Sequence record: MK714353.1
Direction: 5' to 3' (one strand)
From: Klebsiella phage ST13-OXA48phi12.5
DNA length: 44,913 nucleotides
Part shown: in pieces, positions 7,814-16,384 of the stretch
Numbering within the stretch: the stretch's first letter is position 1
Layout of the letters: each line of letters begins with the position of its first letter
Notes under the pieces: model-generated
Databases searched by the model: none
Seen by the model: the letters and a program-made list of their open reading frames with translations, nothing else
Told to the model about the DNA's origin: nothing
Made by a program: the position numbers and the translations under genes

Positions 7814-7940
7814 GTTGGAACAGAAGGGAGAAAGCCGCAGTGCTCGAACACTAACGGCTTTCAGGTGCAAAAACGAAGAGGTAATTGCGAGGTAATTATG
7901 CCTGGTAAATCTGTAAGAGTAAACAATCCGGAGGTAGCAC

Positions 7941-8675
7941 GTGAGCATGTCACTTATGGCGAAAGCAATGGGGGTCAAAGTGGGAAACTCACTGCGTAAG
8001 CTCGTTCTTATCAAGCTGGCCGACAACGCCAACGACAAGGGCGAATGCTGGCCTTCGTATCAACACATTGCCGATCAGTGCGAATGCAGCAAATCCGCTG
8101 TTCGCAACCATATTGATGCGCTTGAGGATATGGGGCTGCTCAAGCGTGAAAATCGCGTTGGGGTCAACAACGGGAAAGGTAATACATCCAACGTGTATTA
8201 TCTGAACCTTGATGCCACCCCTATGCCATCAAAAAGCACAGGGGTATGCCATGAAATAGCACCCCCTATGCCATCTGATGGCACACCCCCTATGCCACCA
8301 GATGGCACCAGAACCAGTCACTCTTTTGAACCAGTCACTGAACCAGACTCTCTCTCTGCGCGAGGGCAGTTTATCAGCGAGGCTGCAAAGCGACGGATCG
8401 GTGTTTCACCCAACGGGGAAATACCTTTCCCTCCTGCCTTCAAGCCATCGGCAGATCACATTGCGATTGCCTCGGAGAAAGGGATCAACATTGAAACCGA
8501 GTTGCTGAACTTTCGTGATTATCACCAGGCCCGCGGCACAAAGCTGATCGACTGGAACTCGGCATTCCGGGTGTGGCTCAGGAACGCGAGAGTTAATCCG
8601 CTTTCCGGGCGCCAGAGAAGCGAACCTGATTCCCCACACTGGAACAGCCCTGAAGGCTGGAAGGACTTCATATGA
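7941..8675 (+). CDS. Replication initiator (lambda O-like; N-terminal wHTH, Pro-rich linker, C-terminal DnaT/primosome-like region)
   Basis: Sits in the O position between cII and the P homologue. Iterons lie inside the coding sequence. Stop overlaps the P start (ATGA). Confidence 0.6.
   Translation: MSMSLMAKAMGVKVGNSLRKLVLIKLADNANDKGECWPSYQHIADQCECSKSAVRNHIDALEDMGLLKRENRVGVNNGKGNTSNVYYLNLDATPMPSKSTGVCHEIAPPMPSDGTPPMPPDGTRTSHSFEPVTEPDSLSARGQFISEAAKRRIGVSPNGEIPFPPAFKPSADHIAIASEKGINIETELLNFRDYHQARGTKLIDWNSAFRVWLRNARVNPLSGRQRSEPDSPHWNSPEGWKDFI
8215..8308 (+). repeat. Iteron array (putative replication origin) inside the O-like gene
   Basis: Four copies of (C)ACCCCTATGCCA(T/C)C: 8215-8230, a diverged copy at 8241-8253, and two tandem 25-bp copies CACCCCCTATGCCA(T/C)C(T/A)GATGGCAC at 8259-8308. 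They encode the repeated PPMPSDGT/PPMPPDGT linker. Confidence 0.5.
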
Positions 8676-9448
8676 CCGCTCAGCTTATGACCGCGATCAG
8701 CAATCGCGATGGTGATGCGCTGGCCAGAATGGCCGCAGGTAGCACGGAGCCGCAGAGGCTTCTCGATTTCGAAGCTGAAAGGCTGGTTGACTCCCTGTTC
8801 CGTCAGCTGAAGCAGATCTTCCCGGCGTCAACGCAGACCAATCTGCGCACCGATGCCGAAGAGAAGACAGCGAAGCGCCAGTGGATTGCAGCTTTTGCCG
8901 AAAACGGGATCCGCACCCGCGAGCAGTTATCCGCCGGTGTGCGCCATGCGAGAGCCAGTGAATCGCCGTTCTGGCCATCGCCTGGCCAGTTCATCAAGTG
9001 GTGCAAGGACAGCGGCACTGTGCTCGGCGTGACCCTTGTCGACGTGATGAACGAGTTCCACCGCTACAGCCGTGAAAAAGGGCTGCATACCGGCGGTGCT
9101 GAGCGCTTCCCATGGTCTCACCCTGTCATGTACTGGGTTGTTACCGATACCCGGCGAGCAATGTACCAGCGCCAACTCAGCGAGGCAGAAACCGAGAAAT
9201 ATGCCGCTAAAAAGCTGGAAGACTGGGCACTGAAAGTCGCCGCCGGAGAACAAATACCGTCGCCGGTACTGGCCCTTGAGAACAACCAGGAAGCTATTCC
9301 GACAAACCATGTTAGCCGTCAGCAGGGTTTTCACCCTGAAGGCAAAAGCTTCGGATGTATGCCAAGCGCGGCATCGCTCGGTGCGTTAACTCCGGCTCAG
9401 TGGCTGTGGGATGAATACCTGCGCGGGAAAGAGAGAGGGCGTATCTGA
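8672..9448 (+). CDS. P: Replication protein P homologue (DnaB helicase loader)
   Basis: FPASTQTNLRTDAEEKTAKRQWIAAFAENGIRTREQLSAGVRHARASESPFWPSPGQFIKWCK aligns with lambda P (FPASLANRDQNEVNEIRRQWVLAFRENGITTMEQVNAGMRVARRQNRPFLPSPGQFVAWCR). Confidence 0.85.
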   Translation: MTAQLMTAISNRDGDALARMAAGSTEPQRLLDFEAERLVDSLFRQLKQIFPASTQTNLRTDAEEKTAKRQWIAAFAENGIRTREQLSAGVRHARASESPFWPSPGQFIKWCKDSGTVLGVTLVDVMNEFHRYSREKGLHTGGAERFPWSHPVMYWVVTDTRRAMYQRQLSEAETEKYAAKKLEDWALKVAAGEQIPSPVLALENNQEAIPTNHVSRQQGFHPEGKSFGCMPSAASLGALTPAQWLWDEYLRGKERGRI

Positions 9449-9750
9449 TGAAAAAGAACTCTGGCAAACAAGCCGTTATTAACTTCATCGGCCAGCATCC
9501 TGGCTGCAGCTTTCAGGATATCCGCCGCGGTACCGGCCTTGACTCTTCGGTGGTCAACTCCTCCCTGTGGCAGATGAACAAAGACGGCCAGGTTAAGCGT
9601 GAGGGTGAGTGCAGGAGCTATCGCTACACCCTGATTGACACAACAGCAGTAACCGAAAGCGATCCGTCTGTTCAGTATCGCCAGCGTCCTGGCGGAGTAA
9701 ACCCAATGACTAACCTGTTTAACCAGTGCCTGGCGGGAGTAAGAAAATGA
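9448..9750 (+). CDS. Hypothetical protein (100 aa), possible winged-helix
   Basis: ATGA-coupled to P. No motif recognised. Confidence 0.4.
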   Translation: MKKNSGKQAVINFIGQHPGCSFQDIRRGTGLDSSVVNSSLWQMNKDGQVKREGECRSYRYTLIDTTAVTESDPSVQYRQRPGGVNPMTNLFNQCLAGVRK

Positions 9751-10283
9751 ACATCGAAACAGTAAACGAGCTCATTCGGTCGCTGGAGTCGGCGGGCGAG
9801 CTGTCGATAAGAGAGCAGAAGTTCCTGAAGCTGGCGAAAGCGTTTAAGCAACTGGCTGCGGAGAATGTGGCGCAGAAGTCGTTTGGCGACAAGCTGAATG
9901 ATATGCATAACGCACTGAATGGAGAAGGAACAGGCATTCAAGGGCGTGCAGAAGTAGCTTGCCAGCAGGTCGCACTGGAAGCAGCAATTGAAGAGTTCGA
10001 CGCTATTGAAACCCCCGCCACCGATCGCATCGTAGCCGGGATTAAGGCTGATGGTCGCGCAGAGGGTATCAACTTTGCAGCAAGCCGCCTTGCAGCCGCT
10101 TTCAACCACGGATTCGTTGATAAGCCAATGGCAGAAGTTTTTGACGTGGTGCGCATGATTCTGACTGCGAAAGAGGATTTGGCGAACGACCCGGTCTTAG
10201 CCGCCGATGGCCTGTCAGGAGAGTACGCAGAAAAATCCCTGGCTGAATGGGAAGCCGAACTGCGCGAGGGGGCCGACAAATGA
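9747..10283 (+). CDS. Hypothetical protein (178 aa)
   Basis: Start taken at the ATG at 9747 overlapping the upstream stop. Acidic, helical. No motif recognised. Confidence 0.4.
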   Translation: MNIETVNELIRSLESAGELSIREQKFLKLAKAFKQLAAENVAQKSFGDKLNDMHNALNGEGTGIQGRAEVACQQVALEAAIEEFDAIETPATDRIVAGIKADGRAEGINFAASRLAAAFNHGFVDKPMAEVFDVVRMILTAKEDLANDPVLAADGLSGEYAEKSLAEWEAELREGADK

Positions 10284-11188
10284 GCAAAGAGCCAATGGTT
10301 GTCAGCTTCTCAGGTGGGCAGACATCAGCGTTTATGTGCGACTTCCTCATGCAGAACTACGCAGATGCTTACGAATTCCATTTCGTGTTTGCCAATACCG
10401 GACGGGAGCACGAGGAAACTCTGATTTTCGCTGACAAGGTGGACAAGCTTTTTGGCCTTAACCTTGTCTGGCTGGAAGGGGTTACCAGTAGTGAATATGG
10501 TGTCGGAATGCGTCACCGCGTTGTCTCATTCGAAACTGCATCCAGGAACGGCGAACCATTTGAGCAGTTCATTAGCGTGGAGGGAATACCTAACGTATCG
10601 CGTCAGAAATGCAGCGACTATCTGAAGACACAAACCATCCGGTCATGGATGCGGGCTGTCGGACTTGCGCGCCGGGGTTGGTCGGCAAAAACTGCAATTG
10701 GTATGCGTGCTGATGAGCCAGAACGCGCCAGCATGGAGAAGGCATCTACCAAACGTTATAACCTGGTCTATCCGCTTTGCCATTGGGGCGGATTCGATAA
10801 GCAGGATGTGAACGACTTCTGGGATGCCATGCCGTTCAAACTCAATATCCCACCACACCACGGAAATTGCCTGACCTGTTTCAAGAAGAGTGACGCGAAA
10901 CTTTACCTGATAGCTCATGAGCACCCTGAGTGGTTCTCCTGGAATCGCGATATGGAAGAGAAATACGGGATGGTTAAAGCAGTTGCTGGACATACCTGGT
11001 GGCGTAGAAAGCGGGATACAGACCAGTTAATTAATGATGCAAACCTCGAAGACCGTCAGCGTCTGATTTACCTGACAAACACAAACCCTGATGACGGTGA
11101 CGGATGCACATCTTCATGTGAGCCGTTCCAGAGCGATGACCTGGCAGAAGATGAATTCGACGACAAGATTGAAGGGAGTGCCGCATGA
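10280..11188 (+). CDS. Phosphoadenosine-phosphosulfate (PAPS) reductase-family ATP pyrophosphatase-like protein
   Basis: N-terminal VVSFSGGQTSAF = SGGxDS PP-loop motif. C-terminal Cys cluster DGDGCTSSCEP. Start at 10280 (ATGA overlap). Confidence 0.7.
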   Translation: MSKEPMVVSFSGGQTSAFMCDFLMQNYADAYEFHFVFANTGREHEETLIFADKVDKLFGLNLVWLEGVTSSEYGVGMRHRVVSFETASRNGEPFEQFISVEGIPNVSRQKCSDYLKTQTIRSWMRAVGLARRGWSAKTAIGMRADEPERASMEKASTKRYNLVYPLCHWGGFDKQDVNDFWDAMPFKLNIPPHHGNCLTCFKKSDAKLYLIAHEHPEWFSWNRDMEEKYGMVKAVAGHTWWRRKRDTDQLINDANLEDRQRLIYLTNTNPDDGDGCTSSCEPFQSDDLAEDEFDDKIEGSAA

Positions 11189-11658
11189 CAACTGATATCA
11201 CCGAACTGGCGCAGAGCCTGAAAGCGGCAGCAGAGAAGGCCACCCCGGGGAACTGGAGAGCATTCAAATACCACGACGGGCGCTGTGGTGTTGGCGGAGG
11301 CCATCACGATGAGATCATGGTGTGTGAACACATAAGCAAAAGGCGTCCACATGACGCAGAATTCATCGCCATGGCTAACCCTGTCAACGTTCTCGCGCTG
11401 GTAGAGGCGCTGGAGAAGGCGCAGCGGTACGCCAAAGAGCGCGACGCAGAGAATCAGGATTTGATGCTTACAGTGGGTAGGCTTCGTGTTGAGCGCGAGG
11501 AGCTGGAGTCCCGCGCCGTGAAACTACCTAAGTTCAAAATGCTCGAAGACTATCTCGCAGAAGTGGCCATTGAAGAGAGGAAACAGATTTTGGTTGGCGT
11601 GAAGCTTGAGTTTCATCGCGCGCTGTCCGACGCTGGCGTCAAGGTGGAGGCTGAGTGA
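11185..11658 (+). CDS. Hypothetical protein (157 aa), possibly Ead/Ea22-like
   Basis: Coupled ORF with a coiled-coil C-terminal half. Family assignment is only a vague recollection. Confidence 0.35.
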   Translation: MTTDITELAQSLKAAAEKATPGNWRAFKYHDGRCGVGGGHHDEIMVCEHISKRRPHDAEFIAMANPVNVLALVEALEKAQRYAKERDAENQDLMLTVGRLRVEREELESRAVKLPKFKMLEDYLAEVAIEERKQILVGVKLEFHRALSDAGVKVEAE

Positions 11659-11975
11659 TGAAACCTGCAAATTTTGCCCCTGTGTACTGCGCACTTTATC
11701 CGGCACTGGCGGAGATAGCCCGCAAGCACGGTTACGCAATGGCTATTCACGGAACGATGGCGCGTGACTTTGACCTTATTTGTATCCCGTGGGTCGAGAC
11801 TCCATCAAAACCTGAAGAAGTCGTGGCAGAAATCACCGCGACATATGCGACTACCGATATCACTAACCCTGGCTACAAGCCTCACGGTCGCCTGGCCTAT
11901 TCCGTCTGCTTTGGGTTTGGTGAGTTTTTTGCTGACCTGTCGTTTATGCCTGTTATAGAAGGAGCTAACCAATGA
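11655..11975 (+). CDS. Hypothetical protein (106 aa)
   Basis: Coupled ORF. No motif recognised. Confidence 0.4.
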   Translation: MMKPANFAPVYCALYPALAEIARKHGYAMAIHGTMARDFDLICIPWVETPSKPEEVVAEITATYATTDITNPGYKPHGRLAYSVCFGFGEFFADLSFMPVIEGANQ

Positions 11976-12592
11976 CCAGCAAATTAACCAGAGAGCAGCT
12001 TCACGAACGTGCTCGTGAAAACGTCAAAGCGCTGAAAATGGCATCACGACAGACAGCATTCGAAAGCGCGCGCGAAGAAATATTGGCGGACCTGCAGCTG
12101 GCTGAACTGGCGTTGGCCGCAATGGACAGCGAGCCGGTGGCAGAAGTGGTTTCAATTTATGGCGACCCCGAAGCCTTTGGGGAGCGAGAGATTAGACCGC
12201 TTGTCGGCATTCAGCAAATGCCATACGGGACGAAGCTCTATCGCCACGCGCAGCTAGCGCCTGCCTCTCCTGTTTGCACCTGCCCCAGCGGCGATGGTTC
12301 GCTGCGCTGGCCTTGTCCGGTGCATGCTGGCAGCTCTCCGGTAATTCCGGATGGTTACGTGATGGTGCCTATGAGGTTAACCGCTGAGAACGGCGCAAAG
12401 GGGGCGCTATCAGGTGAGTTTTCAGAAACCAAGTTCGTAAACTGCCCGGAATGCTTTGGTGATGATGAATGTGAAACCTGCGACGGAAGCGGGAGAATTG
12501 AAATAACAGTGCCTGTCACCTGGACGACTATCAAAGAAATCTGGTCTAAAGGCGTGGAGCATTTCGCAACCTCCCAGCAGGAGGTGAAGTGA
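11972..12592 (+). CDS. Hypothetical protein with C-terminal zinc-ribbon/DnaJ-type CxxCxGxG motif (206 aa)
   Basis: CPECFGDDECETCDGSGRI near the C-terminus. It is the last gene of the coupled O-P operon. Confidence 0.4.
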   Translation: MTSKLTREQLHERARENVKALKMASRQTAFESAREEILADLQLAELALAAMDSEPVAEVVSIYGDPEAFGEREIRPLVGIQQMPYGTKLYRHAQLAPASPVCTCPSGDGSLRWPCPVHAGSSPVIPDGYVMVPMRLTAENGAKGALSGEFSETKFVNCPECFGDDECETCDGSGRIEITVPVTWTTIKEIWSKGVEHFATSQQEVK

Positions 12593-12734
12593 TGGGTAAG
12601 CTAACTTTCGTCGTTGAGTTTGTAAATTATAAAGAAACCGCCGCGGCTGAGAATCATTAAATCTGAAGGTGGTAACAGCGATGTTGATGGTATAGCTTAT
12701 TGTGAAAATCAACCAATGAACAGGATCTTGAGAT

Positions 12735-13601
12735 ATGGATAAAGTGGCACATGAAAATAAAAATACGGATGAACAGGTTGAAGCACAAGATCAAAGACCT
12801 GTATGCGGAATTATAATGCCTATTGCAGATACCGATGGTTATCCAAAAGGGCATTGGCAGCATGTATATGCTATTCTGTCTGAGGCTGCGAATGCAGCTG
12901 GTTTTAAGCCTAACTTAGTCAGTTTTGATTCTGATGTGGGGGTAATTCAGAAACGTATAGTACAGAATATCTACTCAAATCCTATTGTCATTTGTGATAT
13001 TAGTAGTCGTAATCCAAATGTAATGTTAGAATTAGGTATGAGACTTGCATTTGATAAGCCAGTAATTATCGTAAAAGATATAAAAACAGATATTAGTTTC
13101 GATATCTCACCTATTGAGCATCTTAGGTATCCTGATGACCTAAGATACAAAATAATAAATGAGTTCAAGTCAACTTTGAGCTATAAATTGGTAGAAACGC
13201 ATAAAAAATCTATACGCAACCCCGATTACACTACTTTTTTAAAACATTACGGGACGTTTGAAATTGTAAAGATACAGCAAAAAGAAGTTTCTGAGGCTAG
13301 GTATATCCTTTCTGAGCTTGAAGAGATAAAGAAAATAATTCGTCAAAAAGACTATAAAAGTGAACCTCATAGTCGCTTATCATCTGTGATGGATTACGGT
13401 ACTTTTATATATCCTTTGAATGATGCTAATAGACACAAAATAGAAAACCTTACATGGCTTAAAACTTTAGAAAAAGACTCTGATTTTACTATAACATCTC
13501 TAGAGATAAAGGATGATACTTTGGTTTTAGTGGTCACTTCGAACCTCGATGAGGGACCTAAAAATTATGACATCATCCTTGGGGCTTTAAATGAAAAATA
13601 A
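12735..13601 (+). CDS. AT-rich moron: protein with N-terminal nucleoside 2-deoxyribosyltransferase-like (NDT/Rcl/TIR-related Rossmann) domain plus an unknown C-terminal domain (288 aa)
   Basis: Residues ~22-125 (VCGIIMPIAD ... NPIVICDISSRNPNVMLELGMRLAFDKPVIIV) match the NDT-family signature, cf L. leichmannii NDT DVGLGMELGYALSQGKYVLLV with its catalytic Glu. The gene is clearly lower in GC than its flanks and has its own terminator. Confidence 0.5.
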   Translation: MDKVAHENKNTDEQVEAQDQRPVCGIIMPIADTDGYPKGHWQHVYAILSEAANAAGFKPNLVSFDSDVGVIQKRIVQNIYSNPIVICDISSRNPNVMLELGMRLAFDKPVIIVKDIKTDISFDISPIEHLRYPDDLRYKIINEFKSTLSYKLVETHKKSIRNPDYTTFLKHYGTFEIVKIQQKEVSEARYILSELEEIKKIIRQKDYKSEPHSRLSSVMDYGTFIYPLNDANRHKIENLTWLKTLEKDSDFTITSLEIKDDTLVLVVTSNLDEGPKNYDIILGALNEK

Positions 13602-13722
13602 TACATTTTTAAAATAAAATGACTAGCATATTTTTACTCACCTGAGCCGGTTTTTGTTCCTTCTTTGTTGAGAGCTAATCAGGCTGAGATATGCCAGACA
13701 TGAGTCGCTGCTTAAGCTATAA

Positions 13723-13749
13723 TCCCCTCAACTCCAGAGGGGATTTTTT
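13723..13749 (+). terminator. Rho-independent terminator after the AT-rich moron
   Basis: TCCCCTC-AACTCCA-GAGGGGA hairpin followed by TTTTTT. Confidence 0.6.
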
Positions 13750-13932
13750 ATGTCAAATGAAGAAATGACTCCAGCCGAAAAATACAAAGCATCAAGGAAG
13801 CGGTATAAAAAACGATGGCTTGAGTCGGATATTGCCAACGCAAGGCGCTTTGGTGAGAAAGAGGTCGCTTCTGTTGACGGCTACAGGTCGCCCTATGACA
13901 CGCGGAAAAAAAGAGGGAGAACAGCAGATTGA
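13750..13932 (+). CDS. Hypothetical small basic protein (60 aa)
   Basis: ORF immediately after the terminator, with a GAGGGG Shine-Dalgarno. Lys/Arg-rich. Confidence 0.3.
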   Translation: MSNEEMTPAEKYKASRKRYKKRWLESDIANARRFGEKEVASVDGYRSPYDTRKKRGRTAD

Positions 13933-14192
13933 CACAATCAAAATGGAACATTGCAGCCAAATCGAAAGACGAGCAGGATAAGGTTAGCGTAGACCTCGCC
14001 GCGTCCGGCGTCGCCTACAAAGAGCGCCTGAACATGCCGGTAGTCGCCGAAGTGGTTGCCAGAGAGCAGCCTGAACACCTACGCGAGTATTTCATGGAGC
14101 GCGTCCGCTACTACCGCGAGCAGAGCATCCATCTACCCCGAGCATCCGATCCGCGCTATCTGGAAATGGCCGAGCAGAACGCCAAGAAATAG
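13929..14192 (+). CDS. Hypothetical protein (87 aa)
   Basis: ATGA-coupled to the upstream ORF. Confidence 0.35.
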   Translation: MTQSKWNIAAKSKDEQDKVSVDLAASGVAYKERLNMPVVAEVVAREQPEHLREYFMERVRYYREQSIHLPRASDPRYLEMAEQNAKK

Positions 14193-14392
14193 CGATTTTC
14201 TCGTATATGCTCATTTTGCTTTTATCCCCGGGAAGGGCGATAATTACCTCGTCAGCCTGAGCAACTGACACTAATGACCGGCGCCAAGTGGGGACACATG
14301 GCGCACAAAACCTTAAAGCAATACCTTTCACCGATGGCGAAAGCCACCGGCGATTTTCTGCATTCAGCGTTTGGCCTCTGCGGAGGTGAAGC

Positions 14393-14860
14393 GTGAAGCA
14401 ACAATTCTGCCTTATCAACGACAACGTTAAGCGTAACGTCGTCAACTTCATCCAGTCTTTGCCCGTCGACCACCGATCGCCGCTGATTATCGAGGCGCGC
14501 GAAGAAAGCCGCACCGACAAACAGAATCGTCTCATGTGGCCACTTTTGAAAGACCTGAGCGATCAGGTGATCTGGTACGGTGAAAAGTTGGAGCCAGCGG
14601 AGTGGAAAGACCTCATCACCGTACTGGTCAGCCAGATGCAAAACCCGGAGCGTAAGCAGAAATCCGCCCCTGGCATCAACGGCGGCATCGTCTACTTCGG
14701 CGTTCGCACCTCTCAATCCAGCAAGCGCTACATGGTCGAGGTGATCGAGGCGATCTACTGGTTCGGCACCGAGCACAATGTGAAGTTTAGCGAGAAGTCC
14801 AGCAGTCGGATTGCATGGGCCCAGGAATGGAGGGCTTCGCATGCACAGTCTGCTCGCTAA
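14393..14860 (+). CDS. ninB: NinB (Orf) recombination mediator
   Basis: [38 protein letters not shown] ... [17 protein letters not shown] aligns with lambda NinB (ERNRSLDQNRKLWACLGDVSRQVEWHGRWLDAESWKCV ... IQAFGTERGVKWSD). GTG start. Confidence 0.8.
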   Translation: MKQQFCLINDNVKRNVVNFIQSLPVDHRSPLIIEAREESRTDKQNRLMWPLLKDLSDQVIWYGEKLEPAEWKDLITVLVSQMQNPERKQKSAPGINGGIVYFGVRTSQSSKRYMVEVIEAIYWFGTEHNVKFSEKSSSRIAWAQEWRASHAQSAR

Positions 14861-15008
14861 GGTCATGGATCGCGGCATCTTCCGCGTGCCGGCGCGCCGC
14901 AAGCGCAAGGTCGAAGTTAAGCCTTCCGATATCCCTACCTTTCACTATACGGCTCACCTGGCAGATGTCCGCTGGCTGCGTCGTGCTGCCAGAAGGAAAA
15001 TTGCATGA
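14841..15008 (+). CDS. ninE: NinE-like protein
   Basis: C-terminal [21 protein letters not shown] matches lambda NinE [20 protein letters not shown]. Start chosen at the ATG at 14841 with a GGAGGG Shine-Dalgarno; the track ORF begins at 14811. Confidence 0.55.
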   Translation: MHSLLAKVMDRGIFRVPARRKRKVEVKPSDIPTFHYTAHLADVRWLRRAARRKIA

Positions 15009-15673
15009 GCCTCTACCGAAGCATTAATGGTGCTATCTGGCGCAACATCTGGGTTGTTGGAGATCTGCATGGGTGCCATACACTGCTGATGAACGAGCTG
15101 GAAAAGGTCCATTTTGATCCATTGTGTGACCTGCTGATTTCAGTAGGTGACCTTATCGATCGCGGGGCGGAAAACGTCGAATGCCTTGAGCTAATCACAA
15201 TGCCCTGGTTCATGGCTGTTCGCGGAAACCATGAGCAGATGATGCTCGACGGACTATCCTCGTCCGGGAACGTGAATCACTGGCTCGCTAACGGTGGCGG
15301 ATGGTTCTTTAACCTTGACTACGACAAAGAACGCATGGCTATCGCGTTGGCCCATTTGGTTGCTGGTTTGCCACTCATCATCGAGGTAATGACCGAGGGT
15401 AAGAAGGTGGTGATATGCCATGCGGACTACCCGCATAACGAATACTCATATGGCAAGCCCGTCGATGCAGAACAGGTGATCTGGAATCGTGAGAGAGTAA
15501 GCGCGGCTCAGGATGGGGTTGTGAATGAAATATCCGGTGCAGACCTGTTTATTTTTGGGCACACCCCGACACATCAGCCAAGTCAGTACGCCAATCAGAT
15601 GTATATCGACACCGGGGCTGTATTCTGCGGCCGCCTGACCTTGGTGCAGATCCAGGGTGGTGATCATGCTTAA
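15005..15673 (+). CDS. Ser/Thr protein phosphatase (lambda PPase/NinI-like)
   Basis: Metallophosphatase motifs GDLHG, GDLIDRG and GNHE in canonical order and spacing. Confidence 0.85.
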   Translation: MSLYRSINGAIWRNIWVVGDLHGCHTLLMNELEKVHFDPLCDLLISVGDLIDRGAENVECLELITMPWFMAVRGNHEQMMLDGLSSSGNVNHWLANGGGWFFNLDYDKERMAIALAHLVAGLPLIIEVMTEGKKVVICHADYPHNEYSYGKPVDAEQVIWNRERVSAAQDGVVNEISGADLFIFGHTPTHQPSQYANQMYIDTGAVFCGRLTLVQIQGGDHA

Positions 15674-16247
15674 ACGTGCTCAGCGCCGGTGCAAAATCTG
15701 CCGGACAAAATTCACCCCAGCATTCGAAAACCATCGTTGGTGCTGTCCTGAGCATGGCGCTGAATTTGCCATGCAGGAACTGGAGAAGAAGCGCGAAAAA
15801 CAGGCCCAGGCGAAAGCGAAGAAAGAGCGCGCAGCCTGGCGCAAGCGCAAAGCAGCGGTGAAACCTCTCCGACACTGGGAAGATATGACCCAGCGTGTCG
15901 TTAACGACTATATCCGCGAGCGTGACCACGATCTGCCGTGCATCAGCTGCGGCACGTTCGAAACGGTTCAGTGGGAGGCCGGGCATTTCAGATCCAGAGG
16001 GGCTGCATCACACCTCAGGTACAACGAGGACAATATACATAAACAATGTCATCGCTGTAATGACGAGCTTTCAAGTAACGCAATTCCTTACAGGGCAGCG
16101 CTTATAGAGAAAATCGGCGTTGATCGCGTCGAGGCCCTCGAAAACAACAACACCCCTTACCGATACACCATCGAAGAACTGGAAGGCATCAGGCGCCATT
16201 ACAGCGCGCTACGCCGTGCGCTCATAAAACAACGGGAGGCAGCATGA
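15657..16247 (+). CDS. ninG: NinG (Rap) recombination protein
   Basis: Alignable with lambda NinG along most of its length ([20 protein letters not shown]; [15 protein letters not shown]; [10 protein letters not shown]). The true start may be the Met at 15666. Confidence 0.85.
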   Translation: MVIMLKRAQRRCKICRTKFTPAFENHRWCCPEHGAEFAMQELEKKREKQAQAKAKKERAAWRKRKAAVKPLRHWEDMTQRVVNDYIRERDHDLPCISCGTFETVQWEAGHFRSRGAASHLRYNEDNIHKQCHRCNDELSSNAIPYRAALIEKIGVDRVEALENNNTPYRYTIEELEGIRRHYSALRRALIKQREAA

Positions 16248-16384
16248 GCCAGCTTACCATAGAGCGCATCCGTGACCGCTGGCAAAAGCTCCGACTTTGC
16301 CGGCACCGCGGCACCGTACTAGTTGACTACCGCATACTGAGAAACTTTGTCCGTATCTATCAGAGCCTGGGAGAGACAGCATGA
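16244..16384 (+). CDS. ninH: NinH-like small HTH protein (46 aa; below the ORF-track cutoff)
   Basis: ATGA-coupled to ninG and to the next gene. QKLRLCRHRGTVLVDY resembles lambda NinH RRLKCSRGTVRKYV. Confidence 0.4.
   Translation: MSQLTIERIRDRWQKLRLCRHRGTVLVDYRILRNFVRIYQSLGETA

Noticed and set aside
7485-8038. Minus-strand ORFs (7485-7679, 7564-7851, 7754-8038) across cro/cII and the O-gene start
   Set aside because: They are antisense to the confidently identified cro and cII (the latter aligns residue by residue with lambda CII) and are likely non-coding.
8927-10279. Several minus-strand ORFs (8927-9334, 9672-10109, 9938-10279) antisense to P and downstream replication-operon genes
   Set aside because: They are antisense to a tightly coupled operon with a recognisable P homologue. 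The translations are Ala/Arg/Ser-rich and featureless.
14252-14908. 218-aa minus-strand ORF antisense to ninB/ninE
   Set aside because: It overlaps the well-supported NinB and NinE homologues on the opposite strand. It has no Shine-Dalgarno or motif and looks like a GC-driven spurious ORF.
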